Part shown: positions 22,201 through 30,581 of the stretch, in pieces
Layout: each line of letters begins with the position of its first letter
Position numbering within the stretch: the first letter of the stretch is position 1
NCBI GenBank assembly: GCA_965226795.1
Contig: CBDDDZ010000005.1
Span: forward strand, 928,001 to 992,000
Direction of reading: 5' to 3'
DNA from: Candidatus Latescibacterota bacterium
Lineage (GTDB): Bacteria; Latescibacterota; UBA2968; GCA-2709665
Length of the DNA stretch: 64,000 nt
Translations under genes and position numbers: made by a program
The notes under the pieces: model-generated
Seen by the model: only the letters and a program-made list of their open reading frames with translations
Databases searched by the model: none
Told to the model about the DNA's origin: nothing

Positions 22201-23186
22201 GCATGTACGTCCCGGATGCGACCGCCCGTACCGGTTTCTGCACCGGCAAACGGCGCGACTCCGGTGGGAAAGTTGTGCGTTTCAGCGGTAAAAATGATGT
22301 CATAGTCCCGTTCGGAAGCGGCGAATGGACTCGGTCCACCGGGCCTGGCGGGCAGGATCGTTCTGGTGGAATATCCTCTGATACCGCTGGCATTATCCCT
22401 GAATGCGATGGTGCTGTTGCCGGGATTGGCCCTCAGGGGCTGTTGAATCATGCCCAGAAGATGCTGCGGCATCTTTTCGCCGTCGATTGTCAGTCGACCT
22501 TGGAAGAACCAGTGACGGGAGTGTTCGCTGTTGGACTGGGCGATGTCGAAACATTCCACATTCGTGGGATTCCGTCGAAAGTGGTCCAGAAAGAGGTCCG
22601 TATAATATTCGAGATCCCATTCGTCAAAGGCCAGTCCCAACGCTTTGTTGATACGTTCCAGTGCCGGTTTGCCCTCCTGAATGAGCGGAACTTCGGAGAC
22701 GGGCTCGGGTTGCGCGCCGGTTTCGAAAGTGGCCATTGGCGTGCCGTATTCGCATTCGGTCATGCGGTCATGGATCATATCCAGAAATGCGGATTGTTGA
22801 TCGCGCGTCAGGCCGGGTATCAGCAGATAACGCCTGGACCTCTCGATGCGCCTGATTTTCGCCAGGTCGCAGGCGTTGCACACGGAAACCGCGTTCGTGG
22901 ACCAGGCCGTGCTGAAGTTCAAACGTGGCCCGACTTCGATAACCGTGCCACCGGCGCCCGGTAACGGCGTTGTGTCGAGTTTTTCCGGTTCAAAGGTCTC
23001 GCTCAGGAGCCAGACGAGTCGCGCCCGTTCTTCGGAGGTTAACGTACCGTCCAGTTCGACATTGAAGCAGGCTTCGGTTTCGAGCCGTACAACACGGCGA
23101 CAGATGGTCTGTCTGACCCGGCTGAGCAGGGTGTCCCTTTGTGTCGGGGAGAGGTACGGCGCGCGGTAAAGATGAAGAAGGCCCAC
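19275..23186 (-). CDS. purL: Phosphoribosylformylglycinamidine synthase, large single-chain PurL
   Basis: AQSNSEHSRHWFF, ETHNFPT, GAETGTGGRIRD, IHDQGAGG, DGGKDSLSM, GGFSYAD, GVCNGCQ, MMPHPER. Confidence 0.97.
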   Translation of the reverse strand: MGLLHLYRAPYLSPTQRDTLLSRVRQTICRRVVRLETEACFNVELDGTLTSEERARLVWLLSETFEPEKLDTTPLPGAGGTVIEVGPRLNFSTAWSTNAVSVCNACDLAKIRRIERSRRYLLIPGLTRDQQSAFLDMIHDRMTECEYGTPMATFETGAQPEPVSEVPLIQEGKPALERINKALGLAFDEWDLEYYTDLFLDHFRRNPTNVECFDIAQSNSEHSRHWFFQGRLTIDGEKMPQHLLGMIQQPLRANPGNSTIAFRDNASGIRGYSTRTILPARPGGPSPFAASERDYDIIFTAETHNFPTGVAPFAGAETGTGGRIRDVHAAGRGSLVVAGTAAYCVGNLRIPDYEMPWEDVAFEYPDNMASPLRIEIEASNGASDYGNKFGEPLIQGYTRAFGLRLPNGQRREWIKPIMFTGGIGQIDARHTEKGSPKKKMWVVKLGGPAYRIGMGGGAASSMVQGENTAELDFNAVQRGDAEMEQKVNRVIRACVELGEENPIVSIHDQGAGGNCNVLKEIVAPEGARIRVRALPVGDRSLSVLEIWGAEYQENDALLLHPRHEDAFKALCRREKIQAAFVGHVTGNGRIVLYDEADNTTPVDLELDKVLGDMPRKNFELFRKPAELTPLHLPENITVASALERVLRLVSVGSKRFLTNKVDRSVTGLVARQQCAGPLQLTVSDVAVIAQSHFGTTGAATAIGEQPVIGLLNPEAMARMSVGEALTNLVWAQISALEDVKCSGNWMWAAKLPGEGAALYDAAKSLVDIMLELGIAIDGGKDSLSMAALAPGSEGNDETVTAPGALVISAYVTCPDVTKTVTPDLKLPDEGQLLFIDLARGKTRLGGSALAQVYSQIGNTPPDLDDPGLLKRAFNAMQQLIDEKVVSAGHDRSDGGILTSLLEMAFAGNCGIRVDLPTSSDPIASLFSEELGLVFEVSAKRVQHVLDTLRAAEVPCVPIGNTTANTSVRIALNGITVLEDHMENLRDLWEETSYRLEQLQANPQCVEQERLSLRQRTGPRYNLPFTPAPTAPEIMESEIKIPVAIVREEGSNGDREMASAFHAAGLEPWDVTMSDLQADRIRLDVFRGVAFVGGFSYADVLDSAKGWAGVIRFSPRLRDQFQSFYERPDTFSLGVCNGCQLMALLGWVPWPGIETRVQPRFIQNTSGRFESRFVTAWIQESPAVMLRNMAGASLGIWVAHGEGRIHFPNPETMERVIRDNLAPVRYVNDGNRTTETYPYNPNGSPHGIAALCSPDGRHLAMMPHPERAFLKWQWGWMPESWKHCLSASPWLQIFQNAREWCEEI

Positions 23187-23188
23187 GG

Positions 23189-24037
23189 TCAGCCTCGATT
23201 CCTGTCCGAAGTTGACAATTCGGAAGTCTCCAGAAGCTCGGGTAAGTATCTGATGATTCGATCCGGACGAATATCACTGTCTTCCGGCAGACCCATGCCC
23301 CGGGAGTCGTTCCAGACGCAGTAGATGCCCAGTTTCTGCGGAACCGCGACTTCCCACTCCAGGTTGTCGCCGATCATCCACGCATCTTTCGGGGTGGCGT
23401 TCAGCAGGCGCAACGCATCCGTATAGATTCGAATATCCGGTTTCCCGTAGCCACATTCTCCTTCGATGAGGATGGCGTCAAAGAACGGCGCCAGGTTGAA
23501 TCTGCGTATCTTTTCCCGCTGGGGCTCGGCACCTCCGTTGGTCACCAGGGCCGTCCGCACGCTGTTGGCACGAAGAAGACGAAGGGTCTCGAGTGCGCCT
23601 GGGAATGGCTTTATCGTCTTCTTGCGTTCCCGGTGGTAAGATTGGGCGATTGTACCCGCCAGTTCCCAGTCATTGATGCCAAGACGTCGCAAGCCATGGT
23701 GGACCATGCGCTGATATGCAAGGGGCATGTTCTGGCGGTTCGCCCGGTGCCGTTCTGGATCGGCCCAAAACCACGTTCGGATCTCGGTAAGCGTCCTGTA
23801 CAGCTCCTCCGCATTCGCCCTGTCAATTCTGCCGGCCGCCTGGTGGCAGACCCGTTTCCAGCAGGGCTCAGCATACGTGGAATAGGAGATGATGGTATCA
23901 TCCAGATCGATAAGCATCGCGACGGGCAGGCGCAAAACAGATTCCCCTGAACTGGCCGAGTTCAACGTTGATTCTTTCGTGATTCCCACTCCAGAGTCCG
24001 TGGAAAGGGGCAGTACCGGCGTTGTGGCAACCGACAT
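23189..24037 (-). CDS. HAD-superfamily hydrolase (subfamily IA, YigB/YjjG-like); start uncertain, probably nearer 23930
   Basis: IDLDDTI, LVTNG, GKPDIRIY, MIGDNLEWEV motifs; stop lies 2 nt from the purL start. Confidence 0.85.
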   Translation of the reverse strand: MSVATTPVLPLSTDSGVGITKESTLNSASSGESVLRLPVAMLIDLDDTIISYSTYAEPCWKRVCHQAAGRIDRANAEELYRTLTEIRTWFWADPERHRANRQNMPLAYQRMVHHGLRRLGINDWELAGTIAQSYHRERKKTIKPFPGALETLRLLRANSVRTALVTNGGAEPQREKIRRFNLAPFFDAILIEGECGYGKPDIRIYTDALRLLNATPKDAWMIGDNLEWEVAVPQKLGIYCVWNDSRGMGLPEDSDIRPDRIIRYLPELLETSELSTSDRNRG

Positions 24038-24277
24038 AATAATAAGATACCACGAAATATATAACTAATTTATAAATTTGATAAAATCAATAAACGAATT
24101 TTATCGTATCCTCGTGAAAGGAATCTCTGCAGTCATCAAACGGCATGATTGAGACAACGCTTCGACAGGAACGAGGTGCGTAATGGGGGTTCTATGTGTC
24201 CAGAACGGGCTTACGGGACCATTCCCATCGGCGCCAATTCTCCGTCGTTGCCACTGACGCACCGAACCCGATTTCGG

Positions 24278-24306
24278 TTGACAACCAGATCTGATGGTTC
24301 TATTTT
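24278..24306 (+). promoter_or_regulatory. Putative sigma70 promoter for the aldo/keto reductase
   Basis: TTGACA-N17-TATTTT. Confidence 0.55.
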
Positions 24307-24414
24307 TATTCCGGTATCCGAACGATACCGTATTCGGCCTTCGAGGGAATCGCCGGGAGGGAGCCTTCGAGGGCCGTTTTGGTTTGGCGGTCGTTTGACC
24401 TGTCGGGGGTGACC

Positions 24415-25368
24415 ATGAATCGCCGGGCGCTCTGTAAGGGCGGTCCCCGGATTTCGGAAGTGGGGTTCGGTGCTGGGCCGCTGAGGGGCTTGGACTGGGG
24501 GCCCGTGAACGACGAGACGTCGGTTCGCGCCGTGCAAAGGGCGCTCGACGTCGGTGTGACGTTTTTTGACACGGCGGACGCTTACGGAAACGGTCGGAGC
24601 GAACGTGTTCTTGGCCAGGCGCTGGCGGGTAGGCGGGAACACGTCGTGCTGGCAACCAAGGGCGGCTGGTGGTACGTGGATGGCGCGCCTTATTGCGATT
24701 TTTCGCTGATCTACCTCTGCCGGGCGGTCGAGGCCAGTCTGCGGTGTCTGCAAACGGATTATGTCGATCTTTATCACATCCACGATCCGGATATTGAGAC
24801 CATTCGGCAGGGCGGCATTTTCGAATTCCTGGCCCGGATGAAGCAGGCCGGCAAGATCCGTTTCGCCGGGGTATCGATCGATACGGTCGAACAGGGGCGG
24901 GTATGCATCGAATCCGGCTGTGTGGATGTGATTCAGATCTATTACAATATCCTGGACCAGCGTGCGGATCCGGAGTTGTTTGAAGCGGCTCGGAAGGCCG
25001 GGGTCGGTACGGTCATCAAGGCGCCCCTCGAAAGGGGCTTGCTGAGCGGGAAATACAGGAAGGATTCGCAATTTCCGGAGGCGGACTTCCGTGCAGATTG
25101 GCAGAAGGACGGGCGATTGCGGCGAGCCCTTGCGCAGGTGGCCATGGTGAAGGCGCTGGTGGACGACAGGAGCCCTACATTGGCGCAGACAGCGCTACGG
25201 TTCGTATTGGGCCATCCGGCCGTGTCGTGCGTGATTCCGGGCGCCAAGACGCCGGAGCAGGCCGAGGCCAACGCGGCGGTATCGGAAATGGGTTCGCTGG
25301 ACGGAGCGGACGTAGCCGCTTTGAAGACGCTCTACGGAAAGATGGCTGGGCCGGTTGACGCACGGTAG
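24415..25368 (+). CDS. Aldo/keto reductase
   Basis: FFDTADAYGNGRSE, LATKGG, SLRCLQTDYVDLYHIH, PLERGLLSGK, VIPGAK. Confidence 0.93.
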   Translation: MNRRALCKGGPRISEVGFGAGPLRGLDWGPVNDETSVRAVQRALDVGVTFFDTADAYGNGRSERVLGQALAGRREHVVLATKGGWWYVDGAPYCDFSLIYLCRAVEASLRCLQTDYVDLYHIHDPDIETIRQGGIFEFLARMKQAGKIRFAGVSIDTVEQGRVCIESGCVDVIQIYYNILDQRADPELFEAARKAGVGTVIKAPLERGLLSGKYRKDSQFPEADFRADWQKDGRLRRALAQVAMVKALVDDRSPTLAQTALRFVLGHPAVSCVIPGAKTPEQAEANAAVSEMGSLDGADVAALKTLYGKMAGPVDAR

Positions 25369-25458
25369 GGGCGGGGAACTTCGTTGATTGAACGGTTATG
25401 CGCCCCACACCGCCCGTTGCCAGACGACGATTGAAAACGTCGATTTACGGCTTCTGAA

Positions 25459-25497
25459 AAGAACACAGGCGGGGTGTAAGACCCCGCCTGTGTTCTT
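25459..25497. terminator. Perfect 17-bp inverted repeat, probable bidirectional terminator between convergent genes
   Basis: AAGAACACAGGCGGGGT-GTAAG-ACCCCGCCTGTGTTCTT. Confidence 0.8.
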
Positions 25498-25524
25498 CTA
25501 TTGATGCCATTTGCAGATGCGAAT

Positions 25525-25710
25525 TCAGTCGGCAGCGATGCCCATGGGCTCCACATCCGAACTCGTCTCGGCCGCTAGCGTCTGCCTGGCATTCTCCATA
25601 AACTGCGCGATACGCACCTGAAGGTCTTTGGCTTCCGATTCAAACCGATCCAACTCGTCCACAAGATCCTCATAGTCGAGGCGTGGCTCGACACTTGTGC
25701 GGTTCGCCAT
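25525..25710 (-). CDS. Small acidic helical hypothetical protein (61 aa)
   Basis: AAGGGAG RBS before ATG, amphipathic heptad pattern, strong hairpin just downstream. Confidence 0.6.
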   Translation of the reverse strand: MANRTSVEPRLDYEDLVDELDRFESEAKDLQVRIAQFMENARQTLAAETSSDVEPMGIAAD

Positions 25711-25860
25711 AAAACACGCTCCCTTCGTGCAAGGGGAATCAGGGAGATGGGGGAGGTTGAATACCGTTCAAGCTCGCGTCATATGTGTGAGGGATCAAAA
25801 TATAGGTCAGGCCGAAAGATGGGTCAAGAGAAAAGGCGAAAAATGAGGGGAATACCGTCG

Positions 25861-26808
25861 TCAGGGTGGCGATTGGCTCTGCGGCCGAGCGTCCAGCAGA
25901 GCCCGGATCTGCGGTTCTCGCGGCAGTGCAGCCCGTGCGCCGATTTCTGTTACCGCAAGGGCGCCCGCGCAGTTGGCAAAGGCGACCGCGTCCGCAAGGG
26001 ACCGCGTTGCGCCGAGTGCGGCCGCGAGAGCGCCGTTGAAGGCGTCTCCAGCGCCCGTCGTGTCGCGCGCGTCGACCTTGGGCGCGGGAAGCAGAACGGT
26101 CTCGCGATCCGTCGCCAGAAGCGCTCCACGCGCGCCAAGTGTAATAATGACGTTGTTTACCCCGCGGCCCATCAGGATGTCCGTAGCCAGGCGTGCCGCT
26201 CTTTCGGTATCTGGCCGGATGCCGGTTAAAACTTCGGTTTCCGATTCATTCGGCGTCAGGAGAAAAAGATCGGAAAGGAGCTGTGCGGGCAGGTCCCGCG
26301 CGGGGGCGGGGTTGAGAATAACCGGAACTCTGTGTTCCCTGGCCAGACCCGCGGCGTGGAGAACCGTAGGCAACGGCGTTTCAAGCTGAAGCAGGCAAGT
26401 TGAAACGCGTTCGAAAAGGGAACCGGCGAGGTCGACCTGAACGGGTGAAAGGGCGGCATTGGCGCCTGGAACCACGGCAATGGCGTTCTCACCCTTGCAA
26501 TCCACCAGGATCGAGGCGATCCCCGAAGGCAGATCCGGATCTTTCAGCACATAGGTGGTGTCGATTCCCTCCGCCTCGAGGCAGCACAGGGCCTGCTCAC
26601 CGAATGCGTCGCTGCCGACTCTTGCAACGAAGGACACACTTGCCCCGGAACGTGCCGCCGCTACCGCCTGATTGGCGCCCTTGCCGCCCGGCAATGTGAC
26701 AAATGTATCTGCCATCACGGTTTGGCCGGGTTTCGGCAGGCTCGACGATTGAACGATCAGATCCGTGTTGGAACTGCCAATGACCAGAACGTGCGTGCGT
26801 GACGCCAT
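25861..26808 (-). CDS. rbsK: Ribokinase (PfkB family)
   Basis: GSSNTDL, GGKGANQAVAAAR, LNPAP, TPNESE, DTTGAGDAFNG. Confidence 0.93.
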   Translation of the reverse strand: MASRTHVLVIGSSNTDLIVQSSSLPKPGQTVMADTFVTLPGGKGANQAVAAARSGASVSFVARVGSDAFGEQALCCLEAEGIDTTYVLKDPDLPSGIASILVDCKGENAIAVVPGANAALSPVQVDLAGSLFERVSTCLLQLETPLPTVLHAAGLAREHRVPVILNPAPARDLPAQLLSDLFLLTPNESETEVLTGIRPDTERAARLATDILMGRGVNNVIITLGARGALLATDRETVLLPAPKVDARDTTGAGDAFNGALAAALGATRSLADAVAFANCAGALAVTEIGARAALPREPQIRALLDARPQSQSPP

Positions 26809-27190
26809 GGCGATCTCCGGAAAAGTCGGGGAGCCGCGAAACGTACAGTGTCAACGGTCGGGCAGGGGACCGAAGTGCCGCGGATGTCGATCGGTCCCCT
26901 CCTGAACGGCTCTGAAGCAATTCCAATCCGGAATGCAAGTTAACAAGAATCGGGTTCACCCGTCAAGATGAACCGGTGCGAATCCCTGCGGAAGAATCCG
27001 AAGCATACGGACCTTATTGTATTTCCTTGACTTGCCTGTGGGGTTTCCTTAAGTTTTTCCGATCTACGGACGAAAGCGGAAAGGAAACCGGGAGATTCCA
27101 AGTACACGAACTGGCATGATGGCAGGGTTCCCGACTGGTTTTGTTCGGAACAAACCGTGCGTGTCCAGAGTCACAAGGTAAAGGCGTTGT

Positions 27191-27217
27191 CTGGTTGTAC
27201 TGGTTGTACTGGTTGTT
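27191..27217. repeat. Tandem 9-bp repeat x3 (CTGGTTGTA/T) in the rbsK-bamD intergenic region
   Basis: CTGGTTGTA CTGGTTGTA CTGGTTGTT read directly. Confidence 0.85.
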
Positions 27218-27264
27218 CACGGGAAACGCACCACTCACAGATATCCGGGTCTTAGTGTGGTCGA

Positions 27265-27293
27265 TTGCACCGACCGTTCGGGGTTGGTATAAA
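27265..27293 (+). promoter_or_regulatory. Putative sigma70 promoter for bamD-nadD
   Basis: TTGCAC-N17-TATAAA about 40 nt before ATG 27333; a second candidate TTGACT-N17-TAAGTT lies at 27027-27055. Confidence 0.45.
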
Positions 27294-27332
27294 CAGGGCC
27301 CCGATTTTCTGTTTTTGCGGGGTAAGAAGGGT

Positions 27333-28154
27333 ATGTTGAAGCGGAGTGTTTTTGTTCTGTGTTCATTGGGTCTGGTGGCATTCGGGGGATGTGCGCAAAA
27401 CAGGTATCGCCACCCCAGCGCGGACCTTTACCTGGAAAAAGCGAATGAGGAGCTGGAAAAGAAGAACTGCTGGGAGGCTCAGAAGCTGCTCCGAAATTTA
27501 CTTTCGGATTTTCCGGGGTCCCATCTGGTAGATCGGGTCCAATATAAACTCGGCTTCGCGTATTTGTGCGATAAGGACTACGTGACGGCCGTATTTGAAT
27601 TCGAGCGCCTGCTGAATGAATTTCCGACCAGTCCATTTGTTGACCAGGCGCGGTATCAGATCGGTGTGTGCTATTATCGGCAGTCCCGGGGAATCCACCA
27701 CGACCAGGACGAAACCCACAAGGCCATCAGGGAGTTTGAACGGTTTATCGAGGATTTCCCCGATAGCGATCTCGTCCCGAGCACGCGTGACAGAATCCTG
27801 GAGCTTCGGACCAAATTGGCGCGCAAAAAACTCATGGTCGCGGAGAACTACATTCAGTGGGATATGTACGAATCCGCCGGACGTTATTGCGAGATTGTCC
27901 TGAAGGAATTCGACGATACCGCGCTCGCGTCAAGAGCCCGGTTTCTACTCGCCCGGGCTAAACATCGCCTGGGTGCATTGGACGAAGCACTCGAGATATT
28001 GAGGTTCCTGGCCGCGGATGGCGTTCAGGATGAACTTAAACAGGACATTGCGGAAGAGATACGCCAGATCGAGAAAACACGGTCCGCGCAGAAGACCGAA
28101 CACCGGAAACCGGCGGAAAAGACAGACGGCTCCAGCGCTGCAAATACCAGGTGA
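27333..28154 (+). CDS. bamD: Outer membrane protein assembly lipoprotein BamD (TPR)
   Basis: Lipobox-like FGGC; FPGS/FPTS TPR repeats; DQDETHKAIREFERFIEDFPDS. Confidence 0.88.
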   Translation: MLKRSVFVLCSLGLVAFGGCAQNRYRHPSADLYLEKANEELEKKNCWEAQKLLRNLLSDFPGSHLVDRVQYKLGFAYLCDKDYVTAVFEFERLLNEFPTSPFVDQARYQIGVCYYRQSRGIHHDQDETHKAIREFERFIEDFPDSDLVPSTRDRILELRTKLARKKLMVAENYIQWDMYESAGRYCEIVLKEFDDTALASRARFLLARAKHRLGALDEALEILRFLAADGVQDELKQDIAEEIRQIEKTRSAQKTEHRKPAEKTDGSSAANTR

Positions 28155-28160
28155 GGCGGC

Positions 28161-28748
28161 ATGGGCGGCAGGATCGGCATTCTCGGCGGGACGTTCGATC
28201 CGATTCATCTTGGCCATCTGATAATCGCACAGGAGGCGCTGGCGCAATGTTGTCTGGATCGGGTCCTGTTCGTTCCCTCGGCGGACCCTCCCCATAAAAG
28301 GGTTGCCGACGTGGCGCCGGCCGAAGCGCGCGCCAGAATGGTTGCGCTCGCCCTTGACAGACAGCCCCGGTTTGAACTGTGCCGGATCGAATTGGAGCGA
28401 ACCGGCAAGTCCTATACCGTCGAGACCCTGAGACAGCTCCGGAGAAAACTGGGATCCGGGATTGAATTCTACCTGATCATCGGTGCGGACAACGCGTTGG
28501 AGATGTCAACATGGTGCGATCCCCACGGCGTTCTTGATCTTGCCCACGTTATGGTGATGGGTCGGTCCGGGTTTCTTCCAGATGATATAGATAACCGAAT
28601 AGCCGCACGGATGCGTTTCCTGGATACACCCCTTCTTGAGATTTCTTCCACACAGATCCGTTCGCGAATTCGTACGGGTCGGCCCATTCGATATTGGGTG
28701 CCGGACACCGTCGCGCAATTTATCGAAACGCACCGCCTCTACCGATAG
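28161..28748 (+). CDS. nadD: Nicotinate-nucleotide adenylyltransferase
   Basis: GGTFDPIHLGH, PPHK, SYTVETL, IIGAD, ISSTQIR. Confidence 0.96.
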   Translation: MGGRIGILGGTFDPIHLGHLIIAQEALAQCCLDRVLFVPSADPPHKRVADVAPAEARARMVALALDRQPRFELCRIELERTGKSYTVETLRQLRRKLGSGIEFYLIIGADNALEMSTWCDPHGVLDLAHVMVMGRSGFLPDDIDNRIAARMRFLDTPLLEISSTQIRSRIRTGRPIRYWVPDTVAQFIETHRLYR

Positions 28749-28763
28749 GAAAGCGGGTGAAAG

Positions 28764-29030
28764 ATGGTGGAATCATCGGACAGCCGTAAACAGAGCAGAG
28801 CGCAACTGGGCGGAAAACCCGAGGGGCGAATCCAGCAGTATTTCTGTGTGGACGATGAAAAATACCACGCATTCGCGAGGGTTTCCAAAGACGCGACTGT
28901 ATTGCGCCGAATGCCCAAGCGAATTCGTGTTATGGGCAAGGACGTGGACGGATGGGTCGTGGAGGTGACGGTACCGGCGACGGACGGCGTGGTGCGTGTG
29001 GATCCGCTTGACGCCGCGAAAAAGATTTGA
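28764..29030 (+). CDS. Hypothetical protein (88 aa)
   Basis: ORF starting 15 nt after nadD in the same orientation; no family recognised. Confidence 0.55.
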   Translation: MVESSDSRKQSRAQLGGKPEGRIQQYFCVDDEKYHAFARVSKDATVLRRMPKRIRVMGKDVDGWVVEVTVPATDGVVRVDPLDAAKKI

Positions 29031-29214
29031 GTCCGACACCATCGGTGCAGGTGGAGTCGGTTGGTCTTCGCGCGCCGTGGATTCCGCTCCTGGCAACATT
29101 CCGAATACATCGGAATTCGCGGATTTGTTGACGTCTCGATTGGCGAAACAAGCGGATGCTGTCGTCGTTAAGACTGGCGGCAGCGATGCTCCGTGGACAC
29201 CTCAGGGGGGAAGA

Positions 29215-29535
29215 ATGATACTGCCGGACGGCCTCGACAGGGGTGAGACTACCGACGTTACGATCTTTGGACGCCAGTATCCCGTCCAAAGTCGGGAGTC
29301 ATCCGAGTATACCTATCGAGTTGCCGATCTCGTCGATCGCCGAATGTCGGAGATCGCGTCACAGCAGAAACTGGCTGAACCGACGAAAATAGCTATTATC
29401 GCGGCATTGGATATCGCCGACAGGCTGTTAAAGTACCGATCGGGACGTGAAGCGGCGGGCCGGCAGGCCGAGCGGGTGGCTGCTCGTCTGACGATGTTGC
29501 TTGACGACGAAGACGGGGGGTCCAAATCGGCCTGA
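29215..29535 (+). CDS. zapA: Cell division protein ZapA
   Basis: VTIFGRQYPV, VADLVDRRMSEI, KIAIIAALDIAD followed by a coiled coil; RBS AGGGGGG. Confidence 0.88.
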   Translation: MILPDGLDRGETTDVTIFGRQYPVQSRESSEYTYRVADLVDRRMSEIASQQKLAEPTKIAIIAALDIADRLLKYRSGREAAGRQAERVAARLTMLLDDEDGGSKSA

Positions 29536-29581
29536 CCACAATAGTCGTCAATGGAATCGACATGGACGGGGCGAGGGGATT

Positions 29582-30304
29582 TCAACCCGGGGTGAGAGGT
29601 GTGGATCGAGGCGTTTCCGTGAATCTGTATCTGAAGATGGTATAAAGGATTTTCCAGCCCGCCTTGATCGTACCGCTTACGGTTCCGGTGATCTTGGAAA
29701 CGCCGATTCGACGACGATAGCTGACCGGAACTTCCAGGAATCGGAAATCCATCCGGGCAGCTTTTACCTGCATTTCCACGGTCCAACCAAAGGTTTTGTC
29801 CTGCATATCGAGCTTTACGAGTGCCGGATACGCAAGGGCGCGGAATGGCCCGAGATCGGTGAAGTTGGCGCCAAACAGACGGCGGATGAGCCACGTGGCC
29901 AGCCAGTTGCCGAAACGGGCCTGCGGAAGTAGCGCGCCGGCCTCCCGTGTACCCAGTATGCGGGAGCCAATCACCATATCCGCGCGACCCTCAGCGATGG
30001 GCTCCACCAGAAGCGTCATTTCATCGGGATAGTCACTGTAGTCGCCGTCAAGGAAAACGACAATATCAGGTTTCTCCAGGGCGTCGATGCCCGCCAGGCA
30101 AGCCCAGCCGTATCCCCTGCGATGTTCGTGAACAATTCGGGCCCCCATTTGCCTGGCCAGGTCGACCGTTCGGTCGGTGGAGCCGTTGTCCACCACAACC
30201 ACGTCGGCGTCGAGATGGCTCGGAATATCGGACAGTACGTTCCGAATGGCTTCCTGCTCGTTGAAAACCGGAATGACCACGGCGATTTTGGGAGAGGCAT
30301 GCAT
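29582..30304 (-). CDS. Glycosyltransferase family 2 (DPM1-like)
   Basis: VVIPVFNEQ, VVVDNGSTD, FLDGDYSD, TDLGPFRA, GWTVEMQ. Confidence 0.92.
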   Translation of the reverse strand: MHASPKIAVVIPVFNEQEAIRNVLSDIPSHLDADVVVVDNGSTDRTVDLARQMGARIVHEHRRGYGWACLAGIDALEKPDIVVFLDGDYSDYPDEMTLLVEPIAEGRADMVIGSRILGTREAGALLPQARFGNWLATWLIRRLFGANFTDLGPFRALAYPALVKLDMQDKTFGWTVEMQVKAARMDFRFLEVPVSYRRRIGVSKITGTVSGTIKAGWKILYTIFRYRFTETPRSTPLTPG

Positions 30305-30331
30305 GGCAGGCGGGAGAGGACTGAAAGGCGT

Positions 30332-30532
30332 TTATCTTCGTTCCGGCGGTTTTCGTATTAACCGGGTCGTTCTTGAGTTGCTACGGGCCTTCAGGCGAGC
30401 GACCAGAATGAAGACGCAGAAAACAACACACAGGATAATGCTGCCCGCAACCTTGTTCGGATGATCCACAAGCCACATCAGGCCCATGGTGATCAGCAGG
30501 CAGATGCCCGCAATGATACTTTCTCTGGTCAT
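30332..30532 (-). CDS. Small two-TM membrane protein (66 aa)
   Basis: MTRESIIAGICLLITMGLMWL...AGSIILCVVFCVFILVA with basic tail; GAGAGG RBS; promoter upstream. Confidence 0.65.
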   Translation of the reverse strand: MTRESIIAGICLLITMGLMWLVDHPNKVAGSIILCVVFCVFILVARLKARSNSRTTRLIRKPPERR

Positions 30533-30581
30533 CGGATCCGCCTCTCTTTCGTGTAGAGGATCGCGGGAGTCTGTCTCCGGG

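Noticed and set aside
21072..22964. 630-aa ORF antisense to purL (and similar long antisense ORFs at 17755-18981, 41016-42401, 46365-47702 and 52336-53412)
   Set aside because: Shadow frames of well-supported genes in GC-rich DNA; no recognisable motifs.
27185..27217. CRISPR array
   Set aside because: The repeats are 9 bp and contiguous with no spacers; no CRISPR-like array or cas gene was seen anywhere in the window.
29031..29581. 6S RNA, which is often adjacent to zapA
   Set aside because: Only 46 nt follow zapA, and the upstream gap shows no long rod with a central bubble that I can identify.
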